41,078 nt of DNA, taken from NCBI RefSeq assembly GCF_001194135.2, contig NC_068982.1:57255327-57296404 (forward strand), read 5' to 3'. Position numbers and translations under genes: made by a program. Source of the stretch: Octopus bimaculoides (lineage: Eukaryota). Positions 1-12,030 of the stretch are shown here, piece by piece (position 1 is the first letter of the stretch; the number at the start of each line of letters is the position of its first letter). The notes under the pieces are model-generated. The model was not told the origin of the DNA. It searched no databases and saw nothing but the letters and a program-made list of their open reading frames with translations.

Positions 1-63
1 TATATATAGTTGCTGTGAGAGATATGAAGGGAAATAGAGTGTGACTAGAAGCGAGGCCGTTAA

Positions 64-280
64 CCCATTAGGTTCCAGAGTATTTAAATTTCTGAATATT
101 ACTTTTTTGCAGATGATTGGAAATAGGTTAAAATGAAACAAAAAATTATTAAAACTCCTTTAGTTCAAATAGAAATGGAAATACTCAGTGTCCTATAAAT
201 AGGACACTACGACAATGTGATATAGCTTATTTAATGCTCCCATTAAGTGTCCCATTTATAGGACAGTAGGACTTAATGGG
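64..280. mobile_element. piggyBac-like MITE
   Basis: TTAA on both flanks (60-63, 281-284). Ends are CCCATTAGGTTCC and GGACTTAATGGG (imperfect TIR, CCC/GGG termini). Two internal palindromic GTGTCC(Y)AT..ATAGGACA motifs at 188-207 and 247-266. Confidence 0.55.
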
Positions 281-320
281 TTAAGAACGTGAGACAAACC
301 ACCTGTGCGCAGGCAAGATA

Positions 321-327
321 GATAGAT

Positions 328-358
<31 letters not shown>

Positions 359-478
359 CAAAGAATGAGATGTATGTGTGTGACTCAGAGAGCACTCATG
401 CGTTATACAGACACGCGCGTGCATACACGCACACTCACACGCATACACATACACTCACACACATACACACGCACACAC
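321..478. repeat. compound (GATA)/(GA)n/(CA)n microsatellite
   Basis: Directly visible simple repeats. Confidence 0.9.
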
Positions 479-715
479 AGTAAGAGAATGAGAGGAGAGA
501 AAAATGGCTAGGTTAGGGATTTTGTAGCAGGCTTAGCTATAAAATTCAGTTAATTGACAGCATTACGAACAAAATCGTTCGTTGATTACAATCGATGTTG
601 AACAAAACTGAATTCTGGAGGGTTTAACTTGATATGATAAAAACTTAACATCCATTATTTATTTCATCATTTGCATCGTGTTATACTTGTTTATTTACAT
701 TGTCATACATGTGTG

Positions 716-866
716 AGTGTATATTTATCTATCTATCTATCTATCATACACACATACATGCATGCATATATACATACATACATGCATGCATGCATGCATA
801 TATACATACATACATACATACATACATACATACATACATACATACTTACATACATAAATACATATA
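716..866. repeat. (TATC)n/(CATA)n microsatellite
   Basis: Visible tetranucleotide runs; source of the IHTY ORF 671-1108. Confidence 0.9.
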
Positions 867-875
867 CTACTGTAA

Positions 876-1076
876 ATAGTCAATCCAAACATGAACAAGC
901 AAGAAAGAACACGAAAAACAACAACGCGAGGACGTGGAGTAAGTACAGGGTTATTGGACGCTCAGGAAAGGAAAGAAAAGAAAGAGGATTTCACGTTTCG
1001 AGCGGAACTTTTCATCAGAAATATAGAAAAAGTCTAAAGAAGGGAAGTCGGAGAAAGCAAATCGCCAACGATACAC
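876..1076 (-). mobile_element. Penelope-type terminal repeat (arm type P1) with degenerate hammerhead
   Basis: Minus strand shares CTTTCCTTTCCTGAGCGTCCAATAA and CACGTCCTC.C.TTGTTGTTTTT with 30889-30950, downstream of a CTGATGA..GAAAC motif. Confidence 0.55.
988..1022 (-). ncRNA. degenerate minimal type I hammerhead ribozyme
   Basis: Minus strand ATTT-CTGATGA-A-AAGT TCC GCTC-GAAAC-GTG-AAAT. Stem I is 4 bp, stem II is damaged, and the triplet GUG is not cleavable. Confidence 0.45.
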
Positions 1077-1166
1077 AAGACTTTTTCAATTCCCTAGCGT
1101 TATACTAATACATTTGTTTGTTTTCTACACCACCTGTCTTCGTCTTTTTTTTTTGTGAATTCTCCC
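1077..1166 (+). mobile_element. Penelope-type terminal repeat fragment (arm type P2)
   Basis: AAGACTTT..ATTCCCTAGCGTTATACTAATA..TACACCACCTGTCTTCGTC..ATTCTCCC matches the reverse complement of 29929-30022; ends in a TA run. Confidence 0.5.
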
Positions 1167-1178
1167 TATATACATATA

Positions 1179-1219
<41 letters not shown>

Positions 1220-1292
1220 TCCTGTTCCATTAAGATAAGATCGACAAAAAAAGTACTCCATCCAGTGAGGGATTAATATATCATTTAATACA

Positions 1293-1463
1293 CACAGTAT
1301 AAAGATACGAGATACTAACAGTTTCTGGATGTGAAGACACGTGTCTCAGACAATGTGCTCAGAGCTTGGGATTGCTTGGAGACACAATGCGTGTTATAAA
1401 AATCTGCCTAGACACGTGCCTTCACGGCAAGATACTATTAGTAACTCGTATCTTTATACTGTG
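1293..1463. mobile_element. hairpin MITE with ~55-bp TIRs
   Basis: CACAGTATAAAGATACGAG..GTGAAGACACGTGTCT is the imperfect inverse of AGACACGTGCCTTCAC..CTCGTATCTTTATACTGTG. TA on the right flank, CA on the left. Confidence 0.6.
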
Positions 1464-2833
1464 TATGTTAGATAAAGAATATGTGTGTGCGTGCGTGTCT
1501 GTGTGTAAGTGTGTGTGTGCTTGCATACATAAACATATACATACACAAGCTTATGGATGTATCCATATATTTGTATGTACATACACGCACAGAGGCATAT
1601 TCATATAATTATATTTTCTTTATTCTGCTATTTGCTATTGTTGTCGTTGTTGTTATTGTTGTTGTTGTTGTTGACAGGGCAAATGGATTTAGCACAATCG
1701 ATGAGCGACCTATAACAATGAATTCTTTTACATTCTGATTTCGAATCCAGATGAATTCGGCTGTGGTTTTCATTCTTCCGAAGTGGATTCTAAAAATATA
1801 TTCATACAACCTAACATTAGGTTTAAAGGATCATGATGAGAGATGTTTGTATATTTGCAATGTATTTGTACATGTGTGTCTATGTATGAAGATATGTACG
1901 TACATATATAAATACATGCATACATGCATACATACGTACATGCATGCATATGTACACATACATGCATACATACATACATACATAACTGCAAACATGCATA
2001 AATGCACTCACGCATACGTACAAAAATGTATTCATACATATATGCATATATATCTATGCATACATAGTGTATCTATACTCAGTGCATATCCAACAGTTTT
2101 ATTTGGTGTTCCTACACAGGAAATAGATTTTAAAATTTGCCACGCAAACAAGAAACTAGGGAGATGCCATGCTGCTCGCTGGTTTCCATATTTTGCTGAA
2201 TATCAGTCGAAGTGTTCTGGTCTTCATTGTAAATCTCCAGAACCAAAACTGATTGCCATATCAGCAGACCTAATTAGGGACAACACCGAATTATTGACAA
2301 ATTTCCTATAATTCGCTGTTGCTAAGATACCAGTTTTAGAGAGGAACTGGTATCCAAGAGATTCGCTCTAATTTCTACTCCATTCAGTACTATCGATTTT
2401 GGCGGTTTTACTGACGTTGCTTGCTTGCTTGTTTCAGTTTTTATTTTTTGATTTTGTTGTTACTTTTGTAGTTTTGTTCTTGTTGTTGAAGCTATTAATG
2501 CGCTGGGTTTGGCAAAGTTTGTGAGTGACGAATTAAAATGCATTACTGCATTTAATTACGTCCCTTTAATTCCTGAGTTATGAGTTCAAATCCAGCTGAC
2601 GTCGATTTGTTTTCATAATTCAGCCAACAGGGTTAGAATATATGGTAGCATGAGACTGAAAAGGTGTTTGTAAAGATGTGTTTATGCATATTTTCTATGT
2701 GTATGTGCGTGGATATATATATATATGTGTGTGTTTGTGAGTCTCTGTGTGTGTGTGCGTGTGTGTGAGTGAATGTATGTATGTATACATTTATAGATAC
2801 ATTGACGGACAGATAGATTTACAGAGAGAAAAC

Positions 2834-2897
<64 letters not shown>

Positions 2898-2990
2898 AGA
2901 AATGGAAAATGAAGGGTGGAAATTGTGTAGAGAGAGAAATATAGGTAAATTCTGAGAATTACAAAACGCAACTAATCCAATATTTTTTTA

Positions 2991-4080
2991 TTCTTAGCCC
3001 ACCAAAATATCTGACAATTTCAACTACCACTTTGAGTCAATAGTTTTTTCAATATTTCAAGCTTCAGTTAATAGTTCAGACCAATTACATACGAAAAATG
3101 TTTATTCCTCAAAATATGTCCCATCATATTCTGTTGACCGTTGCTATCACTATGACAGAAGCTCAGTTCCACGCTTTTAAAATTCAGCTGTTTTAGAGGC
3201 AAAATATCTCTCGGCACCCGTTTACTATGTCATCCATATTGATGAACCATCATCTACGCAGAAAATGAGCCATGCCTCGAAAAATGTGGTAATCTGATAG
3301 TGCAAGGTCTGGACAAAAAGCAGAGTGAACCAGCACTTCCAGCCGGTCAAGTTCCACAATTTTCTCTTGGTCAGATTGGCATTGTGTTCTGGGGCGTTGT
3401 ATTGCTGTAGGAGAGCGCGTCTTCGACTCACCAATGCCGGGTAGCATGCTTTCAAAGCATTTTATACTCGCTGCAGTTATTGAGCATAAAGATTAGCATT
3501 CACAGCTTGGCCAGCTCAAACAAGCTTAGTGCAACACCCACTCAAGATACCACCAAACATACAATATGACCTTCTGTTCAACCCACCTTTCTTTGACAGT
3601 AGATTTTGAAGCCTGACCGGAACGGAGCCACTGATTTTCCTTACTGAAATTGCGAAAACATCAATTTTCGTCCACAGTTGCAATTCAACAACAAAAACGG
3701 ACGTCTTGAGGATTTGCCAGTAGTTGTTAGCAAATGTTCACACATCGTTGAGCCTGGTCATTGGTCAGTTCATGAGAAGCTTTTCGACAGCATCTTTTCA
3801 CAAGACCGAGATTAGGAAGGTGTCTATTGATGGTGCTTTGTAAAGGTCCAAATTCTACCAACAATGTAAGATTGCTTGTACTTGGCTGTTGTCATCCATT
3901 TCAAGCAAAGCCTCATCTTGCACAATAGGGTCTCTCTGACATTAGTTTGTCTTCAAGGCTGGTGACACTTACCTTGAAACGTCTGAATCAGTTTTGTGCT
4001 ACACGTTCGTTGACAGTTTGACAGTTCCTGGGCCTTCCACATCATTAATTTCTTTTGCCACTACCTCAAGTGGAAGAGTC
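2991..4080 (-). mobile_element. mariner transposase relic (frameshifted, stops)
   Basis: Minus-strand peptides EINDVEGPGTV, VNERVAQN*FRRFK..SLEDK, YPALVSRRRALLQ and HSAFCPDLALSDYHIFRGMAHFL resemble the mariner HTH, DD34D and YSPDLAPSDY motifs. Termini are uncertain. Confidence 0.9.
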
Positions 4081-4351
4081 TAATAAAGGCATCGGAGCCA
4101 GGTTTCCAGTTTGAGATTATTTTCTTGCTTCCCTCCTCTCAATATCAGACGTCTTGTAGCGAGTACTAGACATTATCCTAAAAGATATAAAAATAAGCTA
4201 TATACGTTCCATCATTTTCTCGAGCACTGTTTATCTAGGGTCAAAATGTTTCAAAGTTGATTGAGTATCATTCGAAGCAGATTTGGCAGTCCTTTCTTCC
4301 AGTTGTGATGCCACATACAGGTTCTATTGATTTTTCTTTTGCTTGCCACCA

Positions 4352-4383
4352 GGGGAGAGAGAGAGGAGGGAGATAGAGAGAGG

Positions 4384-4466
<83 letters not shown>

Positions 4467-4480
4467 AGACAGACAGACAG
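4352..4480. repeat. (GA)n microsatellite
   Basis: Long perfect GA run. Confidence 0.95.
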
Positions 4481-5084
4481 ACAAAGCGTTGTTGCTGCTG
4501 TGCTTGTTTGTCCTTCTGCAGTATGTCCATCTTAAATAGCTCCATGCTTTTCGCAGCCGTTGCTGAGAATGTATTGTTGATATTCTTGTTGTTGTCGTTG
4601 TTGCTCTCAATGGAAACATTGTTGCCGTTTATGTTGTTTTGCTTTTCTGCTCTATCATAATTTTTTTATCGTTGTACAGTTCTTTTTTTAACTCTGTACT
4701 GTGAAAGTACGTATTCCGAAAATCGATTCTCCAGTTTTAATTTGCAATAATTTTTACGTTAAAAACATATCTAATGTCATTTAGAAAGGCTTAAACGCCA
4801 TATCTTCTAATAACTGCTTGGTGGATAAATAAATACACACCAAAGAAGTTTGAACATGCCAACTCGATCGTCTAGAATTAGCAGTTAGACTTCTCTAAAA
4901 CCGCGTACTCTACTGTCTTTATCAAGGAAAAACATGTAGGAGGACATAGTCTTTAAAACATGCTTGATCCAATCACAGTTCGAAAGTATTTAACAATATA
5001 TTTGTTCTATCAGGGTTGATCTGAGGCGAAGTAACAAGAACAATATTACAACAACGATTTCAATGAAGGATTCTCTAGCTGGCT

Positions 5085-5260
5085 ACCACTTCTGCTAGAA
5101 ATAGCAGCTTAAACTCGCAGTAACCACATATCTTATAGTCCGTAATACATTAGAAGATACTCAATATTGTAGTCTTAGAAATACTATGTCTGAATAAATG
5201 ACAGGATGACTATGGCTGGAATGTTTTTTTATCATAGATCTGAACTGGAGCTAAGAGCAG
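5085..5260 (+). repeat. old dispersed repeat with core CTAGAAATAGCAGC(CAAAT)
   Basis: The same core recurs at ~4873, ~9109, ~25287 and ~37735 with partly similar downstream sequence; family not identified. Confidence 0.4.
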
Positions 5261-5500
5261 TGTTAAAAGCAGGTTTCATAAATATATTTAGTCTAGACTA
5301 TGGGTTTGGAAGCTAGGAGAATAGCCAAATAATTTCCAAATTGATACATTTTTTTGTTGTTGCCGTTGTGTAGACCCAACTAAGCCTTTATCGGTTTATG
5401 GTATGCAGATAGTCGGCAGAAATAGTAGTTCTGAGATTTATATCTAGATGATGTGATGATAATAATAATAATTATAATTATTATTATCATTATTATTATT

Positions 5501-5968
5501 AAGGCGGCGAGCTGGCAGAATCGTTAGCACGTCTTTACGCTTTGAGTTCAAATTCCACTGGAAACGATGCCTTTCATTCTTTTGGGGTCGATGTAATCGA
5601 CTTACCTCCGCCACCGAAATTGCTAGCCTTGTACCAATATTTGAAAAAATTATTATTATTATTAAAGCGGCGAGCTGGGAGAATCGTTAGCACACCGGGC
5701 GAAATGCTTAGAAGCACTTCGTCTGCCGCTACGTTCTAAGTTCAAATTCCGCCGCGGTCTACTTTGCCTTTCATCCTTTCGGGGTCGATTAAATAACTAC
5801 CATTTACGCATTCGTATCGATGTAATCGACTCGCTCCCCTCCCCCAAATTTGAGGCCTTGTGCTTCCAGTAGAAAGGATTATTATTTTTATTCTTAAGGC
5901 GGCGACCTGGCAGAATCGTAACTGCACTGGACTATAAAAAATACTTAGCGGCAGTTTTTATGTCTTTA
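5501..5968 (+). mobile_element. SINE family B, three head-to-tail copies
   Basis: Heads AAGGCGGCGAGCTGGCAGAATCGTTAGC at 5501, 5664 and 5896. B-box-like GAGTTCAAATTCC and central GTCGACTTTGCCTTTCATCCTTTCGGGGTCGA (resembles the Meta-SINE domain as recalled). Copies separated by (ATT)n-like runs. Confidence 0.85.
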
Positions 5969-6068
5969 CATGTATACACATACATATACATACATGTATG
6001 CATACGTACACACACACATATATATATATATACATATATATATATAAACTTATATACATAAACATATA

Positions 6069-6790
6069 TTGGGTCATCCCATAAATAATGCGGTTTTTAT
6101 GCTTCTTTTATTTTTCAAAATTATGATAAACAAAGTTCTTTTTCAATCTAAAATATACTCTCCTTTATTTTCTACACTGCTCTCCCATCTATCTGGTAGA
6201 CTTGCAAGGACCCTCTTCTAAAATTCACTTGTCCGTGACGAAAAATACTCCTCCAGTTCAGACCTCGGCTACGGAATTCATAATTTACCTGTCCAAATAA
6301 TTTTGAACACTGTGGAATAAATGATAATTAGATGGGGCAATGTACGGCGAATATAGTGGGTGAGGCATCGTTTCCCAGCCTTTGGAATGTCATCCTCGTT
6401 GTATGTGGCCGAGCATTATCCTGATGAAAGAACACCTTTTGTCTTGAAACAAAAGATGGTGGTTCTTCTTCTAGCACTGGCTTAAGCCGCTCAAGCTGCT
6501 TGCAGTAGATCTCCTTTGTTATTATTTGGTTTGGGTTTAAAAGTTCAAAGTGGACTAAACCTTTTGTATCCCACCAAACGTATTGAAGCTTCTGGCGCAA
6601 ATGCCAAACAGTACAGCATGTCTTTTCCAAATTTCTGGCAGAGTGGATTACGTCATAGTGCTGTTTTTCTCACAGACGGTGCCCAACTGACCCTACTATA
6701 CTGTGTAGTCGACAAAATCAAAAGCAAACAGTGCGCATGCGTAAAATAAAAAAAAATATAAAATGGCGACACTTTACCCATCGCAGCCTG
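6069..6790 (-). mobile_element. chimeric mariner relic
   Basis: Minus peptides VWWDTKGLVHFELLNPNQIITKEIYCKQLERL and FFHQDNARPHT. TA at both flanks (6067-68, 6791-92), but the two ends are not inverted repeats of each other. Confidence 0.85.
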
Positions 6791-6894
6791 TATATGTTCG
6801 TATGCATATATGTTTGAATGAATGTTTGTATTTAAGTACGTACAGAGAAGAAACGTGAGAGAGAGAGAGAGCAAAGAGGGCGAGACATAGATAC

Positions 6895-6960
<66 letters not shown>

Positions 6961-8633
6961 GATAAACAAGGCTGCCATATGCCAACAATGAGGCAGGATA
7001 TATTTTGATCGCTGCTAGCGAATCGATTAGCTAACACAAACCGCGCTAGAAAAGACTTCCGCTTGTATGTCTACAAAGCCCTCTTTCCAACAACATGACA
7101 AAGAAACCGAGAAGGGCTATGGGGAATGACGGAGATAAAACACATTCGTAGAAATCTCAAAGAAAAAAAAAACTAATGAAACAAACAAGAGAAAATAAGA
7201 CAAGTAACCAGAATGCCATGTGTCAGCATTAACTAGAGGATTCTTCGTCACATCATATATTTATATAGATAAGGCCTCACACGTGCCAGCCATATGGAAT
7301 TGCACATTTATGTGAATGTCAGAAATAGTTCATCTTCACCATTCTTACTGTGAAATAAATACAGGAAACGTATTCATCCATGTATTTCTCTAGCGATCAA
7401 TCCATCAATCAATCTGGTTCTATCTTTTTTTTTTCTTGCTATCTATATCTCTGTCTATTTATCTGTTTATCGATCAGTCAATCTGTCTATCTCTCTATCT
7501 CCTTATCAGTCACCTTATCTATCTGTCTATCTGTCTATCAATCACTCTGTTTATCTGTTCATCAACTAACAATTCTGTGTATGTATCTATTTACCTATGT
7601 GTGTATCTGTGAGCGTATATCAGTAAACAAGTACATGTCTACATACATACATATTTACATTCATAAACATACACACATGCCTACATATACAGACGCACGC
7701 ACACATATGTATGTATATATATATATATATATACACAAACATACCTATCCATCCAACCCCTTACATACATAATGCATACATACACCCACATAGGTCTTGA
7801 AGCTTACATTCTCAAATACAACAAAAAGGAAATCACATAAATTGAGAAGAAAGATTAAGCTTTCATTACAGAGGACAGATATTTGTTGACAAGTAGCTAA
7901 TAACCGTATGTAGAATCATACCAAATTACATTGGAACAGGTTGACGTTGGCAGCAAGACAAATAAATAAAGATTCCGCATTTATAAATATACACAAAGGG
8001 AATGAAAGCGACTGTCGAAATGGCCACCAAACGTTACGTGGATAAACTATAAAGGATATAGTTGAATTCTTGTCATTTGCTGAAAATGTCCGCCGTAGAT
8101 ATCATCGAACAATGGCAGCAGTAAAGTATATTAGCCACAGGTGTTTGTCATTGTTGGCGTCCATTATAATGGACGTTATAATGTGCTTACTTTCCTTCGA
8201 AAGGAATGATTGTGTGACCGCATTGACGCGAGTTCACATACATACGTACAAATAATATCCACCGAAGCACGCAAACATACGCAAACAAACGCATACGTGC
8301 ACACACACGTACGTAGGCAAATAGGTATATACAGACACACATATGTAGAAATACATGTGTATAGATGTACATTGTACGCATTCAATCTCTGATTAGATTT
8401 ACTGCACGTCAGTGTGCGATTGTGTGTACAGATGTATATTTGTAGTCGTTTAATGTTTTCGTAATGTGCAGCTCTTTATACATATGAGAGAGAGAGAGAG
8501 CGTGTGTGTGTGTGCGAGTGCGTGTGCGCGCGCTAGCGTATATCTGTGTGTGTGAGTTTATAAGTATATCTTTACATATGTAGCCATACATATGTGTGTG
8601 TACATATATAAACGTATATGTACATAACTGTAT

Positions 8634-8680
<47 letters not shown>

Positions 8681-9797
8681 AACACATTAATATACGTGTG
8701 GTTGCATAGTTCGTCTGTACAGATTTATGATTACCGTCTCATAGGTGCAAGTTTATACGCACGGAGGCATGTGTGTTTGTGTGTGTTTGTATGTGTGTGT
8801 GTATGTACGCGTGCTTTTGTGTCTGTTTGTCATCTGAGATAAAGCATTGCACTAGTTTATCTTTCATAAATCTGTGTCCATTAAAGACATGTCGGTGTGT
8901 CTGAGTTGCTTACCTTTTGGGAATAACGATTTGATACCCTTGTAATATTTGGTGTAAAATACTAAGAATTTTTTTAAAAATCATCATTCATCTGTCATCC
9001 GCTCGAAGAAAAAGCCTCAACGCAATTAAAGGCTAAGTTTGCAAACACCAGTAGCATAAATATATAAGTCAGCGTCGGAGCTTGAGCTTCTGTATGGTAG
9101 ATTTACTGCTAGAAATTGCAACCAAATCTTCTACAAATCATAAGTAGGATCTTGAGTAAGAAAGATCACAACGGATAATGTATTCTACTTCGAAAACGAA
9201 AGACTAGCCACTGTGGAATACCTTTCGTCTTAGAACTCTCGGTTGAAGTCGATGTAAGCCTGTACATATGTGCGTGTGTGTATGCGCGCGCGCACGCGAG
9301 TGCGTTTGAATTTCCCAATGGCTGAGGATTAGCATCACACTTTGAAACTCGGAGTACCAAAGAATTTGATTCAAACAGTTTTGCTCCATGCATGTAACCA
9401 CGTAACTCCCAATAAGTGTGTTGAGTGTCCTTCTTTCCTTTGTTCACTCACTCGTATATCCTGTCTTTGTTACCACTTTAACCCTCCGCAAATCCCAAAT
9501 TTTATTTAATTTGCTTTGCGGGAACGACTGTTTTGACGAAGACGCATGTTGCCCTAACGTTCGAAATGCGGAGTAGATAAAACAGGGGGCAACTGATGAA
9601 GGGATTCTTCTTTATGTTGCCTGTCTCGTTTCTCTATTTGTTTCTTTCGTTGTTCGAAAAAAGTTTGTTTTCCATGTTATTGTTTTTCCTGTCCTCGTTT
9701 TTCATGTTGTTCACGTTTCTTTTGATGTCCTGTACCCATATGTGCATGTATATATACATATATATGTAGGTATGAACATGTATGTATGTAAATATGC

Positions 9798-9835
<38 letters not shown>

Positions 9836-9951
9836 GCGCACACTCACAAACGGTGGTGCTCCAGCATGGCCACAGCTCTGAGCTGAAACTACAAAAAAAT
9901 ATATTTATATATATATATATATAGTATATATATATATATATATATATATAT

Positions 9952-10506
9952 NNNNNNNNNNNNNNNNNNNNNNNNNNNNNNNNNNNNNNNNNNNNNNNNN
10001 NNNNNNNNNNNNNNNNNNNNNNNNNNNNNNNNNNNNNNNNNNNNNNNNNNNNNNNNNNNNNNNNNNNNNNNNNNNNNNNNNNNNNNNNNNNNNNNNNNNN
10101 NNNNNNNNNNNNNNNNNNNNNNNNNNNNNNNNNNNNNNNNNNNNNNNNNNNNNNNNNNNNNNNNNNNNNNNNNNNNNNNNNNNNNNNNNNNNNNNNNNNN
10201 NNNNNNNNNNNNNNNNNNNNNNNNNNNNNNNNNNNNNNNNNNNNNNNNNNNNNNNNNNNNNNNNNNNNNNNNNNNNNNNNNNNNNNNNNNNNNNNNNNNN
10301 NNNNNNNNNNNNNNNNNNNNNNNNNNNNNNNNNNNNNNNNNNNNNNNNNNNNNNNNNNNNNNNNNNNNNNNNNNNNNNNNNNNNNNNNNNNNNNNNNNNN
10401 NNNNNNNNNNNNNNNNNNNNNNNNNNNNNNNNNNNNNNNNNNNNNNNNNNNNNNNNNNNNNNNNNNNNNNNNNNNNNNNNNNNNNNNNNNNNNNNNNNNN
10501 NNNNNN
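9952..10506. other. assembly gap (others: 19092-19610, 30142-30704, ~33604-33905, 35724-35733)
   Basis: Runs of N. Confidence 1.
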
Positions 10507-10835
10507 CGGAACAGCCTGCTCGTGAAATTAACGTGCGAGTGGCTGAGCACTCAACAGACACGTGTACACTTAACGTAGTTCTCGGGGATATTCAGCGCGA
10601 CACAGTGTGACAAAGCTGACCCTTCGAATTACAGGCACAACAGAAACAGGAAGTAAGAGCGAGAGAAAGTTGTGGTGAAAGAGTACAGCAGGATTCGCCA
10701 CCATCCCCTGCCGGAGCCTCGTGGGGCTTTAGGTGTTTTCGCTCAATAAACACTCACAACGCCCGGTCTGGGAATCGAAACCGCGATCCTATGACCGCGA
10801 GTCCGCTGCCCTAACCACTGGGCCATTTCGCCTCC
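10507..10835 (-). mobile_element. tRNA-derived SINE family A (3' end lost in gap)
   Basis: Reverse complement of the 21465 and 38326 copies; A box TGGCCCAGTGGTTAGG, B box GGTTTCGATTCCC. Confidence 0.9.
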
Positions 10836-11191
10836 ACTCAGCACACGTAACTAACATACATAAATGCACGCTCTCTTACATAAAAATTATATACACCTAC
10901 ACGCATATATATTTGAATACAAAGAAAATTATATAATAATAGTAAGCGTCTAGCGAGATATAATAGCTATATTTAAAAATTGTTTTAGTATATTAACAGT
11001 TATGGGTGGTAAAGCAATGTAAAAAGTTTAAAATTTTGATAGAGAAAAATGTATCCTACCATTAGAAAAAATTTGCTGATAAATAATTCGTAATAAACAA
11101 GTATTTGCTTAGAAATATACTTGTGGGTCAGAGAGTTATAGCGGAGGGGAGATAATTCTAAATGTATAAATGTATATCTTTTATATTTTAT

Positions 11192-11505
11192 GTTTCAATT
11201 AATGAGACTACAGCCATGCTGGGGCACCACCTTGAAGAATTTTAGTCAAACGAATCAGCCCCTGCAATTTTTTAAGCCTGTTACTCATTCTATCTATCTC
11301 TTTTGCTGACGTTACAGGGACGTAAACACACCAACACCAGTTGTCAAGCGGTGGCGGGTGGCGACAAACACAAAGACAACACATATATACATGTATACGA
11401 CGGGCTTCTTTCAGTTTCCGGTCTATCAAATCCACTCATAAGGTTTTGCTCAAGATGTGACACAGTGGGACTAAACTCGGAACCAAATGATTGGCAAGTA
11501 AACTT
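11192..11505 (-). mobile_element. SINE family C copy 1 (5' degenerate)
   Basis: Homologous to 11545-11980 (GCCATGCTGG.GCAC..CCTTGAA, GGGACGTAAA.ACACCAACACC, AAATCCACTCA). Confidence 0.7.
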
Positions 11506-11544
11506 TTACGATATATATATACACACACACATATTCTTTTATTC

Positions 11545-11775
11545 TCTTACTTGTTTCAGACATTTGACTGCGACCATGCTGGAGCACTGCCTTGAATGGT
11601 TTAGTTGAACAAATTGACCCCAGGGATATCTTTATTTAAGCCTACTACTTCTTTTATCGCTCTCTTTTGCTGAAACGCAAAGTCATGGGGACGTAAAGAC
11701 ACCAACACCGGTTGTCAAGTGGTGAGGGAGGGGACAAAGACAGACGCAAATACACACACACACACAACCATATAC

Positions 11776-11809
<34 letters not shown>

Positions 11810-11980
11810 GTATGTATGTATTCGTCGGTCTTTCAGTTTTCGTCTACCAAATCCACTCACAATACTTTGGTCGTCCCGAGGCTATAGTTGTAAACACTGA
11901 CCAAGGTGGCACGCAGTGGGACTGAACTCGGAAGCAAGTGGGACTGAACTTGGGAAGCAAGCTTCTTACCATAGCCTATA
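11545..11980 (-). mobile_element. SINE family C copy 2 (tRNA head, CORE-like segment)
   Basis: Minus strand TGGTAAGAAGCTTGCTTCC..GTTCAGTCCCACTGCGTGCCACCTTGGTCAGTG; internal (CA)n/(TATG)n and a short duplication of the B-box region. Confidence 0.75.
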
Positions 11981-11989
11981 CACAACCAC

Positions 11990-12030
<41 letters not shown>

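Noticed and set aside
671-1108. Long ORFs rich in IHTY, YIYI, CVCV or ERER (also 1751-2311, 7380-7772, 39135-39750 and others)
   Set aside because: Translations of microsatellites, not genes.
2119-2311. Open frame after CCTACACAG (EIDFKICHANKK..)
   Set aside because: No recognisable domain; length is attainable by chance.
9533-9620. TTGACGA..CTAACGTT and CTGATGAAG, possible further hammerhead in a Penelope-type repeat
   Set aside because: GAAA core and stems are too degraded to call; at most a relic.
9711-10561. ORFs spanning X runs (also around 19.0-19.65, 30.1-30.8 and 33.5-34.1 kb)
   Set aside because: Open only because of N gaps.
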